64,000 nucleotides of DNA from Candidatus Aminicenantes bacterium (GTDB lineage: Bacteria > Acidobacteriota > Aminicenantia > Aminicenantales > JAFGAV01), in the NCBI GenBank assembly GCA_963702835.1, contig OY969762.1, positions 1,838,626 through 1,902,625 on the forward strand. The letters run 5' to 3'. This document shows positions 1-8,386 of this stretch, piece by piece. The translations under genes and the position numbers were made by a program. The stretch's first letter is position 1; each line of letters starts with the position of its first letter. The notes under the pieces were generated by a model. That model was not told the DNA's origin and did not search any database. It saw nothing but the letters and a program-made list of their open reading frames with translations.

Positions 1-273
1 AAAGTTCCTAACATCACCGCTGTAAAACTGAATGGCCGGATGACTTGCCAGGTGTGGCGCCCTCCTCCTAAAAGCTTCTGGGTTTCTCGTCAAGACGAGG
101 GCCGAAGCGTCCAATCCCAATTTGTCATTCGCCCAGGCAAAACTCTCCAGAAGCCAGCAGCCAAAGAAGCCGGTTCCGCCGGTTATGAAAATGCGCTGCC
201 CTCGCAGCTCCTCCCAAAGGCCTTCAGTGTGAGCGAGAATGTGATCTAAATCACTTGCCAGAAGGTTAGCCAT
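1..273 (-). CDS. NAD-dependent epimerase/dehydratase family protein, N-terminal part only (gene runs off window start). Candidate CDP-3,6-dideoxyhexose synthase or epimerase of the paratose/abequose/tyvelose type.
   Basis: Manual minus-strand translation from ATG at 271-273 gives [68 protein letters not shown]..., which has a Rossmann GxxGxxG motif. There is no stop inside the window, so it is absent from the ORF track. It starts 22 nt downstream of the rfbF stop. Confidence 0.55.
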   Translation of the reverse strand, partial: MANLLASDLDHILAHTEGLWEELRGQRIFITGGTGFFGCWLLESFAWANDKLGLDASALVLTRNPEAFRRRAPHLASHPAIQFYSGDVRNF

Positions 274-295
274 AGGTCCTACAAAGTAGCCAGCT

Positions 296-1078
296 TCACC
301 AAGTCTTCCATGGCGGCTTCCCGCTTTCCCATAGCGATTCTAAGTATTTTAAATCTCTTAGAGTATCCATACACTGCCAAAATCCCTCGTGTTGATAGGC
401 GAATAATTGGCCATCAACGGCAAGACGTTCCATGGGCGCATGTTCCCACATAACGTCCGCCTTGATATAATTGAGTGCTTCAGGTTCGACAACGAAAAAG
501 CCGCCGTTAATCCAGCCTTCGTGCAAAGTGGATTTTTCCTTGAAATGACGGATGCGATTGCCCTCGAATTCCAGCGCGCCAAAACGAGCTGGCGGTCGAA
601 CGGCGGTAAGAGTGACCAAGCCTCTTTGTGAGCGATGAAAAGACAAGAGCTTGTCCAAGGCGACATCGCCCAGGCCATCGCCGTAAGTCAACATAAAAGT
701 TCTTTTGCCGATCAGATGTTCCAATTTTTTCAGCCGCCCGCCAGTCAAAGTGTCCGCGCCAGTATCTACAAGATGTACGCGCCAGCGTTCCATGCTATTG
801 TGCTTGAGTGTCTGAACCTGCCCATCTTCTAGCGACACGGTGAAATCCCGGCTGAGCGTGTGAAATTCAAGAAAGTAGCGCTTGATTTGTTCACCTTTGT
901 ATCCCAGCGCCAGAATAAACTCTTTGAAACCGTAGTGGCAATAGTGCTTCATGATATGCCAGAGAATGGGCTGTCCGCCGATTTCGACCATGGGCTTAGG
1001 CTTGAACTCGGTTTCCTCACGCAGTCGCGTCCCTATGCCCCCGCATAAAATCACGACAGGAATGTTCTGTTCAGTCAT
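296..1078 (-). CDS. rfbF: glucose-1-phosphate cytidylyltransferase (CDP-glucose pyrophosphorylase)
   Basis: The 260-aa product has the N-terminal nucleotidyltransferase motif [38 protein letters not shown], typical of RfbF/DdhA. Its length matches. Confidence 0.9.
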   Translation of the reverse strand: MTEQNIPVVILCGGIGTRLREETEFKPKPMVEIGGQPILWHIMKHYCHYGFKEFILALGYKGEQIKRYFLEFHTLSRDFTVSLEDGQVQTLKHNSMERWRVHLVDTGADTLTGGRLKKLEHLIGKRTFMLTYGDGLGDVALDKLLSFHRSQRGLVTLTAVRPPARFGALEFEGNRIRHFKEKSTLHEGWINGGFFVVEPEALNYIKADVMWEHAPMERLAVDGQLFAYQHEGFWQCMDTLRDLKYLESLWESGKPPWKTW

Positions 1079-1211
1079 TCTTCACCTTCTGCTCATGGTC
1101 ATCGTTGGTCGCGTGAAAATACTGCTCATGCCACTGAATAGTGGCCTGAAGCGCGGTTTCCAGCGTAAATGACGGCGGCCAATTCAACATCTCTTTCGCC
1201 TTACAACTTGG

Positions 1212-1949
1212 CTATTCCCATGCGTCAATTTTGATTGCCCCTGCGCCTATGCCCATGCTGCGCAGATCTTGCGAGATGACTTGCAGCATGGAAGGTGGCC
1301 CGGAGATGTAATAAGTGGCTTCCCTAGGGCGCCGGATTTTGGGCCACATGGCAGCCACCGACAAACGTCCGATGCTATCAAGTCCGTCAGATTCCTTCAT
1401 CGCCGGGCGAGTCTTAGTGTCTTGCTCGACAAAATAGGACAAATGCAGCGAAGGCACGGTTTGGACGCGCTGCTGAACCAGTTCACGATAGATCAACAAA
1501 CCCTTGGTTCGAGCGCCATACGCCAGGTAAACTGCGTGTCGAGAGTCAGGCGTCAGTCCTTCCAGAAAAGCAGTGAAAGCCGTAATCCCTGTACCTCCGG
1601 CGAATAGGACGACATCTCCGGTATTGTTCACCACAAATTCGCCGTAGGGCATCTTGACCCAAACCTGGCCGCCTTCGGCAAGTTCTTTTTCCATTCGCGC
1701 CGTAAATCGGCCGCGCACCGAATAGGAAATGCGCAGTCGATCCCTTTGCAAAGGCGAGTTAGCGATTGAAAACACGCGCGACTCAGGCCAGAAACCACTA
1801 GGGTCATAATCGTCGAGCGCCAGATGCAAGAATTGCCCGGGGCGAAACCTTGGAGCTAGCCGCTCTGGCCGCAAGGTCACAGTATACACGTGATCGCCGT
1901 GGTTGATAATTTGCTCGACTCTACACGGCAGTTTCTGTGCTACAGCCAT
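1212..1949 (-). CDS. FNR-like FAD/NAD(P)-binding oxidoreductase; candidate CDP-6-deoxy-delta-3,4-glucoseen reductase (DdhD/AscD-like) that lacks the N-terminal [2Fe-2S] ferredoxin domain
   Basis: It has the FNR-family motifs RPGQFLHL, RxYS (RISYSVRG) and GGTGITAF. The ORF track extends to 2021 with a TTG start. The ATG at 1947-1949 (MAVAQKLP...) is preferred. No CxxxxCxxC ferredoxin motif is present. It lies between rfbH and rfbF. Confidence 0.6.
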   Translation of the reverse strand: MAVAQKLPCRVEQIINHGDHVYTVTLRPERLAPRFRPGQFLHLALDDYDPSGFWPESRVFSIANSPLQRDRLRISYSVRGRFTARMEKELAEGGQVWVKMPYGEFVVNNTGDVVLFAGGTGITAFTAFLEGLTPDSRHAVYLAYGARTKGLLIYRELVQQRVQTVPSLHLSYFVEQDTKTRPAMKESDGLDSIGRLSVAAMWPKIRRPREATYYISGPPSMLQVISQDLRSMGIGAGAIKIDAWE

Positions 1950-2032
1950 GCGTTCATCACAAACGGAATTTGTCTTCCATCTATCACGTACGTTGCCCGT
2001 GCATGAACCTGGCAAAGACAAGGATCGGCATT

Positions 2033-3304
2033 TTATGCTCTTTTAAAGAACTCTTCGAACACTTCTAAGATATAATCAATCTGCGCTTTCCCGATTCCCG
2101 GAAAGAGGCCGATGAAAAAGGTATTGTTCATGATCAGATCCGTATTCTTCAAGTCGCCAAATTGTCGTTTCTTGATGCCCAGGAAAGCCGGCTGCCTGAT
2201 CAAGTTGCCGCAGAAAAGGTTCCTCGTTTCTATGCCGTTTTGCTCCAGGAAAGATGTCAATTTATTCCGAGAGAATCCTGCGTCCTCTTTGACCGTAAGC
2301 AAAAAACCGAACCAGGACGGGTCACTGTGAGGGGTTGCTTCGGGCAGGATTATTTTATTCTGATAAGGAATCAGGCCACTGTAAAGGCGGTCAAAATTCT
2401 CCTTTCTTCTCCGGACAAACCATTCGAGCTTATCCAGCTGGGCTACCCCAATTGAAGCCTGCATATCGGTCATTTTCAGATTATAACCGATATGGGAGTA
2501 GACATATTTATGGTCGTATCCCGGAGGGAGTGTGCCAAATTGCTGGGAGAATCGTTTCCCGCAAGTGTTGCTTTCTCCCGGATTGCAGTAGCAGTCTCTT
2601 CCCCAATCGCGAAATGACCTGGCGATCCTGGCCAATTCCTCATCATTGGTGACGACACAACCCCCTTCACCTGTCGTGATGTGATGAGCAGGATAGAAGG
2701 AAACGGTAGAGAGATGTCCGAAAGTCCCGGTCAGCCTCTCACGGTATTTGCTTCCCAGCGAATCACAATTATCTTCGATGAGCCAGAGATCATGCTTTTT
2801 TACTAGCTCTAAAACGGCATCGACGTCGAACGGATTTCCTAAAGTGTGAGCCAGGAAAATCGCCCTTGTTTTTGGGCCTATGGCCTCTTTCAATTGCCCA
2901 GGAATGGCATCATAAGTCCCTAGGTTGATATCAACGAAAACAGGGATCAAATTATTTTGGACTATTGGAGCAACAGTTGATGGGAAACCCGCCGCTACTG
3001 TAACGATTTCATCGCCCGGCTTGAGCCGCCGATCTCCGAGCTTGGGAGAGGTCAGTGTACTTAGAGCCACGAGGTTCGCCGATGAGCCGGAATTGACCAG
3101 AATGGCATCTGAAACATCGAAGTATTGAGCGAATTTCGACTCGAACTCTTCTGCGTATCTTCCCGATGTCAGCCAAAAGTCAAGGGAGGAATCAACCAGG
3201 TTTATGATCTCTTTTTCATCGAAGACGCGGCCCGCATAGCGGACCGGCGTCTTTCCTGGAATAAATGATTTTCCCTGATACTTTTGCTTATAAAGCTTTT
3301 CCAC
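2033..3304 (-). CDS. rfbH: CDP-4-keto-6-deoxy-D-glucose-3-dehydrase (E1; PLP/PMP-dependent, DegT/DnrJ/EryC1 fold)
   Basis: The 423-aa product has a DegT-family aminotransferase fold and a Cys cluster (DCYCNPGESNTCGKRF) consistent with the E1 iron-sulfur site. It has a GTG start and overlaps rfbG by 17 nt. Confidence 0.8.
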   Translation of the reverse strand: MEKLYKQKYQGKSFIPGKTPVRYAGRVFDEKEIINLVDSSLDFWLTSGRYAEEFESKFAQYFDVSDAILVNSGSSANLVALSTLTSPKLGDRRLKPGDEIVTVAAGFPSTVAPIVQNNLIPVFVDINLGTYDAIPGQLKEAIGPKTRAIFLAHTLGNPFDVDAVLELVKKHDLWLIEDNCDSLGSKYRERLTGTFGHLSTVSFYPAHHITTGEGGCVVTNDEELARIARSFRDWGRDCYCNPGESNTCGKRFSQQFGTLPPGYDHKYVYSHIGYNLKMTDMQASIGVAQLDKLEWFVRRRKENFDRLYSGLIPYQNKIILPEATPHSDPSWFGFLLTVKEDAGFSRNKLTSFLEQNGIETRNLFCGNLIRQPAFLGIKKRQFGDLKNTDLIMNNTFFIGLFPGIGKAQIDYILEVFEEFFKRA

Positions 3305-4445
3305 TAAAGCAAATATCTCTTGCCGGTATCTTCTTTTCTTCTTCTGTCATCGGATTTACATCTTTTTCATGTATTCTTGGTATCTGATTATTACAGAGCT
3401 CCAGTATATTCTCGTTGGAATGAGCGGCCTTATACCATATGATCGTGTTGAATACGGCCTCCTCGATCTCCAGACAGGGTTTCCAGCCAAGCTCGAAATG
3501 GGCCTTATGGGTATCTAAAGATAAAAGGCCGGCTTCGTGCGGCTTGCTTTTTTCCCTTGTATGCAGCCATTTTCCCTCACCCCAGTGACGGATAGCCAGT
3601 TCGACCAGTTTCTGGACAGAAATAACAGATGATGTCTCAGGACCGAAATTCCATGCCCCGCTGTACTTTTGAGGCGCAGTTGCCATATAAGCTCCCAGGA
3701 GTAGATAACCTCCGAGAGGCTCTAGCACGTATTGCCAGGGTCTTATCGCCTGAGGGTTTCGGATTTCGATGGTTTTTTTCTTTTCCAGAGCGCGTATGCA
3801 ATCTGGGATTATTCTGTCCTTTGCCCAGTCTCCGCCGCCGATGACATTTCCGGCTCTAACCGAGGAAAGCGATTTGCCGTGAGACCGGCAATTCTCAGGA
3901 TTAAAGAAGGAATTCCGCCAGGCCGCTGTTATGATCTCAGAGCAAGCTTTCCTCGAGCTATAGGGATCGTATCCTCCTAGCGGGTCCGTCTCCCGATATC
4001 CCCATATCCATTCTTTGTTCTCATAGCATTTGTCGCTCGTCACATTGATGATGACCCTGACCGACTTGGAGGCTCTGCAACTCTCAAGGACGTTGACCGT
4101 ACCACCGATATTGACGTCGTAGGTCTCTTTGGGATTTTTATAGCCTTCCCTGACCAGAGGCTGCGCAGCCAAATGGAAGACAAATTCGGGCGAATATTCC
4201 TTAAAGACTTTTTGGAGTTTGCGGTAATCGCGGATTTCTCCCCTTATGTCGATCATCGAGCGTGAGAGATGAGATAGAACGAAATTGTCCTTATGAGTAT
4301 AGGGATCAAGCGCATAGCCTATGACTTCGGCTCCCAGCTCTTTTAACCAGAGAGACAGCCAGGACCCTTTGAAGCCCGTGTGCCCAGTAATCAGAACACG
4401 CTTGTTTTTATAGCACTTTCTCAGGATAGTTGCGGCTTTGCTCAT
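3288..4445 (-). CDS. rfbG: CDP-glucose 4,6-dehydratase
   Basis: The motif KRVLITGHTGFKGSWLSLWLKELGAEV is typical of RfbG/DdhB (SDR family). The ORF track extends to ATG 4490. The internal ATG at 4445 (MSKAATILRKCYKNKRV...) gives an N-terminal length like known RfbG. Either start is possible. Confidence 0.8.
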   Translation of the reverse strand: MSKAATILRKCYKNKRVLITGHTGFKGSWLSLWLKELGAEVIGYALDPYTHKDNFVLSHLSRSMIDIRGEIRDYRKLQKVFKEYSPEFVFHLAAQPLVREGYKNPKETYDVNIGGTVNVLESCRASKSVRVIINVTSDKCYENKEWIWGYRETDPLGGYDPYSSRKACSEIITAAWRNSFFNPENCRSHGKSLSSVRAGNVIGGGDWAKDRIIPDCIRALEKKKTIEIRNPQAIRPWQYVLEPLGGYLLLGAYMATAPQKYSGAWNFGPETSSVISVQKLVELAIRHWGEGKWLHTREKSKPHEAGLLSLDTHKAHFELGWKPCLEIEEAVFNTIIWYKAAHSNENILELCNNQIPRIHEKDVNPMTEEEKKIPARDICFSGKAL

Positions 4446-4471
4446 TTTATTGCCGGATTCTCCAACGAGAG

Positions 4472-4990
4472 TCATTGAAAGGCGTTCCATTCCAATTTTT
4501 TATCCCGGACGGCCTTGATTCCCCGCCCTGGGCATTTGAGGCCGAGAGCCTCTATGTCGGAATCCATCATGGTCCAGACAAGTTCCTTGAAAGATATCTT
4601 GGGAGTCCAATTCAAGGCATCCCTTGCCTTCCGGAAATCCGCCCTCAGTTCCTCCGCTTCGGTCGGAGGAAAATAGTTAGAATCAATTTCAACATGCTGT
4701 CGCCAATCCAATTGGACATAGCCGAATGCTTCTTCCAAAAAATCCCGGACGGAATTCATATTTCCAGAGCCGGCGACATGGTCACCCGCGCGTTCCTGCT
4801 GAAGCATCAACCACATGGCTTCGATATATTCAGGAGCATAGCCCCAGTCTCTTTTGGCATCCAAATTTCCGAGATAAATCTTCTTTTTCTTTCCGGCCAT
4901 TACCCCGGCGATACCGATGGTGATTTTCCGGGTAACAAAGGATTCTCCCCTTCGGGGTGATTCATGGTTGAAGATGAGCGCTTTTTTCAT
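4472..4990 (-). pseudogene. gmd: GDP-mannose 4,6-dehydratase 3' fragment (C-terminal ~170 aa only; the Rossmann N-terminal half is absent)
   Basis: ALIFNHESPRRGESFVTRKIT...YLGNLDAKRDWGYAPEYIEAMWLMLQQE matches the GMD C-terminal half. The first ATG is at 4988-4990. Upstream there is only a 36-nt AT-rich spacer before the wzz stop, so the N-terminal ~180 aa are missing. Confidence 0.7.
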
Positions 4991-5026
4991 CAAATTGATA
5001 AGGCAATATCAATAATTCTTATTTTT

Positions 5027-6140
5027 CTACTTTTTTGTTACTTCTGATTTTTTATTATTGCCGGCTTTTTGTTTTTCTATATATTCGATGAAAAAGGCGA
5101 GCATCGTGAACATAAACAAACCCAGCCCTCCTGCTATGGCTACGTTGATTTTCTTCCTCGGCGAAACCGGATAAAGCGAGACCATCGGTTCTTTCACCAT
5201 CTGGGTGTAGTCGATGCGCTGCTTCTTTTCGTTCAGCAGTTCGATGTCGCTCCGGAAGCCGATGATCTCCTGGTTGATCTTTTCGATCTGCGTCTTCAGT
5301 ATCTTTAATCTCCTGCTCCTTTTCACGCATGGAAAGCCGGAGGTTTTCCTGGGTTATTTTTTCTGCGCTCAGGTTCTCTTCCAGGGTATTGTAGTAACGG
5401 AAGTTCTGCTGGACCTCGTTGGAGTAAAGGAGAAGGCCCAGGGCTTCCACATTGCCCTGCTTCTCGGCCAGAATCGTTTTCTGTTGCTTTTCGATCTCGT
5501 CGATCCGCGTCTTGACGCCCTTCATCTCCTCGACAAGGCTGCGCGAGCGCTCTTCCGAGATCTTCAATTTGTTGCCGGCGGCGATGATTTCCTGCTGGGT
5601 TTTATCGATCTCGATGTTCTTGGACTGGATATCAAGGGTCTTTGTTTTGATGTCATTTTCTTTAGCCGCGACCTGAGTTGTGATGCTTTTGATCTCGACG
5701 TCGATCTTCCGGTCGAGTTCGCCCTTGAGGTGCTGAAAGAGCGAGTTGAGAATCGCCTGCGCTTTCTCCGTTTCTCCGGTCCGGATGCTCACCCGCACGA
5801 GTTTGGTGTCGCGCAGATTTTCCGCCTTTAACTTAGGGAATTTCCTCGGGTCAAGATTCAGTTCGGCGCTGATCAGGCGATTGTAGGATTCCTGATTGAT
5901 CTGGCCCGCGATTTGTTTGGGATCCATGACCACGACTTCGCTGAAAGCTCCCTGCTCTGTCTGGACGAAGAACTTGCTCGGCTGGATGATGGCATCCACT
6001 TCCCATTTGGGCGGGATAAGGAAGCTGACGATGCCGGCGATCAGAGCCAGGAGGATGGTGGGAATCACGATGAGCCACCGGCGCTTCCAGAGGACGTTGA
6101 GGTAGTCGCTTAGCTTAACTTCGGGTTCATATTCGACCAT
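5027..6140 (-). CDS. wzz: polysaccharide chain-length determinant (Wzz/PCP family); apparent frameshift near 5300-5345
   Basis: The N-terminal TM and LNVLWKRRWLIVIP motif and the coiled-coil body are in frame 5326-6146. The natural C-terminus (coiled coil, second TM, PVSPRKKINVAIAGGLGLF) is in a different frame at 5027-5326. The 363-aa ORF tail after the junction is non-native. The preferred start is ATG 6140, preceded by GAGGTG. Confidence 0.75.
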
Positions 6141-6229
6141 ATACACCTCATCGAATCGGGGTTGGCATTTGAAATAATTTTACCGAAAATCCGACCCGCG
6201 GGTCAAGGGCCATCGCGCAGGCGGCCGGC

Positions 6230-6715
6230 TCACTGCTTGTCCAGCCGGACGCACGTTAGCCGATAATCTTTGTAATCCTCGATCGAAGCCCGGCCGACCT
6301 TGAGCCAGCTCCCCTCGGGGAGATAGGTCGCGCGGGCGAAAGGCGTCGATTTCTCGGCTATCTCCTTCAGCTCGCCTTCCAGAAAGAAGTGGACCGTAAA
6401 GCTGTGATAGGTCCGAGGCCGCGCGGCGATCGTCTCGCGGACGATGGCCGTGGCCAACTCCTCGAGCTTGGGACCAGCAGGCTTCTCGGCGACGGCCACC
6501 CAATAGAACTTGTGACGGGGCGATTCCCCGAGCGCCTCGGTTTTGATGACCCGGAAGCGAACGCCCACATCCGCGGCGATCTTCTCCGAATCGATCTCCC
6601 CCGCGACCGACGCCGCGATTTGCTTCTCCGTCCCCGTCTCCTTGCGGCAGGCAAGAAGCGATAAGATGATGACGAATGCAAGAACCGGAACCCAATGTAA
6701 TTCACCTCTCTTCAT
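6230..6715 (-). CDS. lipoprotein, function unknown
   Basis: It has a signal peptide with an LLAC lipobox, and a strong SD (AGGGGGGG) before the ATG. No recognisable domain was found. Confidence 0.6.
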   Translation of the reverse strand: MKRGELHWVPVLAFVIILSLLACRKETGTEKQIAASVAGEIDSEKIAADVGVRFRVIKTEALGESPRHKFYWVAVAEKPAGPKLEELATAIVRETIAARPRTYHSFTVHFFLEGELKEIAEKSTPFARATYLPEGSWLKVGRASIEDYKDYRLTCVRLDKQ

Positions 6716-6782
6716 GTTCCCCCCCCTGAGATCAAAGATTCGATCTTACCTCATGTCACCCCTAAAAGGAATATTATGAGGC

Positions 6783-6794
6783 AGGCTACCGCCC
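6783..6794 (-). promoter_or_regulatory. ops-like element (GGCGGTAGCCTG on the minus strand) in the leader of the polysaccharide operon; putative recruitment site for the adjacent NusG paralog
   Basis: Plus strand 6783-6794 is caggctaccgcc, whose reverse complement is GGCGGTAGCCTG. This matches the ops consensus GGCGGTAGnnTG exactly. It lies about 68 nt upstream of the lipoprotein start and downstream of the NusG-paralog gene. Confidence 0.5.
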
Positions 6795-7395
6795 TTCCAG
6801 CCCTTGGCTGTGGAGTAACTGCTTCCTCTCATGCCTTTTGGCCCGTCTGTTCTACCTTAACGCTCAGGGATGTACGCGAACGGATCGATCCGTAGCGAAA
6901 AAAATCATGAACACTACGGTTGTATTCGACGCTGCTCCCTCCACCCGAGTTCTCTCTACTTTCTCGAAAGAGAACCCACGGGCTTCTCCACTTGCATAGA
7001 TACTCTAGCCTATTTTGTGCAATTATATGCGATGGCGCGAGGCGAAGTCAAGAGCTTGAACTCGAGCCTCCGTCGATCTGGATGGCCCGGATGGGGCGGG
7101 TTTTTCGGTCCAGGCCTGCACGCCTGGCCGGGTCAACGAGAAGGGAAAGGGAAACCTTGGTCTAACCGTCTTCCGCGCCCTCGTCGAGGAGGACATCCCG
7201 TTCAACACGGGCCTGATGAGGCCCCTCCGGAGATTCTCGCCTTACGGTCTTCGAGGCGGACGCCGACAAACCCTGGATTCCAAGGTCAATGTCAAGCTGC
7301 AGCCCGGAGACATTATCAGGATCGAGATGCCGGGCGGCGGCTACGGCCGCCCGAAGCGCTGATCCCCGTTTTGACGGGCGGCGAAACAGGACCGC

Positions 7396-7872
7396 TCAGA
7401 TTTTCTTGAGCTTCTTTTTTTCGATGAGTAGCATTCCCTGGTAGGAGACATAGTTCAAGAAGATCATCACCCGTTCCTTGTCTCCGGCCTCTTTTTTGAA
7501 AACTCCCTTGAATCCTTTAAGGGGGCCTTCCACGACCTCGATTTCGTCCCCGATCCAGGGTTCCTCACCGTACTTCTCGAGGACAATCAGGCCGTTCAAT
7601 TCTCGGTTCCTGATCGCCTGGATGGTCTCCTCGGGCATGGGGATGGGACCTTCTGTGTTTCCGACGATCCGCTTCACCCCCCGCGTGTATTTCACCGTCT
7701 GGTATTGCGACGGATAGTCGAACCGAAGAAAAGTGTAGCCTGGGAAGAAGGGCCTAATCACGCGCTCCGTCATATGTTTCGGGCAATAAATGACGAATCC
7801 CCCCTCTTGGAAGAGTTTTTCCACCTGGTTCTCTTTTCTCGACTTCGTGTTGATGACGTACCAGTTCACCAT
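7396..7872 (-). CDS. NusG-paralog transcription antiterminator (RfaH/UpxY/LoaP family)
   Basis: The 158-aa product begins WYV..TKSRKE and has an NGN domain with FFPGYTFLRFD (compare RfaH LFPNYLFVEFD). The C-terminal KOW is GDEIEVVEGPLKGFKGVF. It heads the polysaccharide locus. Confidence 0.8.
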   Translation of the reverse strand: MVNWYVINTKSRKENQVEKLFQEGGFVIYCPKHMTERVIRPFFPGYTFLRFDYPSQYQTVKYTRGVKRIVGNTEGPIPMPEETIQAIRNRELNGLIVLEKYGEEPWIGDEIEVVEGPLKGFKGVFKKEAGDKERVMIFLNYVSYQGMLLIEKKKLKKI

Positions 7873-8386
7873 GGCTCTTTTCTTCCCGGCCTTCCGCCGA
7901 TCCCCAGGCGGTAGTAGACCTCCGGGCGCCTGTCTTCAAGAAAGTGCTTACGGGCATGGCAGTCCCGCTTCTTGCGGAAATCGCACTCCGCGCAAAGGAT
8001 TTGGTCCAGGCCCGCCGGCACTCTCGCGATCATTCTTCCGTCCGGAGCGACGATAAACATAAGAATTTGCTTTTCGGCAAGGATGGCCGATCGCGTGTCT
8101 TCGTAGCGATTTTGCCGCCCCCTGCTTATGAGAGATGATAAATCATGGCGAAAAGGGGTGTCAAGCCTCCGAACGAGGCCTTCCCATTCAACCTTGACTT
8201 TCCTCTTAAACTAATAAATCATATATCTTAGAAGATATGGGAAATTCATTAGGGTATCAACATTCATCCATCGAGAACCGATAAGTCTAGTCCTTATCTA
8301 GCTGCCGGATAAGAAGGCCTGAATAGAAACCCTGCGCGGCGGGTAGGCCTCCGGCAGAGAGGGGTTGGTCATGAAAAGCGCGATTC

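Noticed and set aside
40-249. 69-aa plus-strand ORF at the window start
   Set aside because: It overlaps, on the opposite strand, a clear Rossmann-fold epimerase N-terminus (MANLLASD...GGTGFFG). It is likely noncoding.
6870-7409. 179-aa plus-strand ORF in the leader between the NusG paralog and the polysaccharide operon
   Set aside because: It shows no coding signal or motifs. It lies in the region expected to hold the operon promoter and the ops-containing 5' UTR on the other strand.
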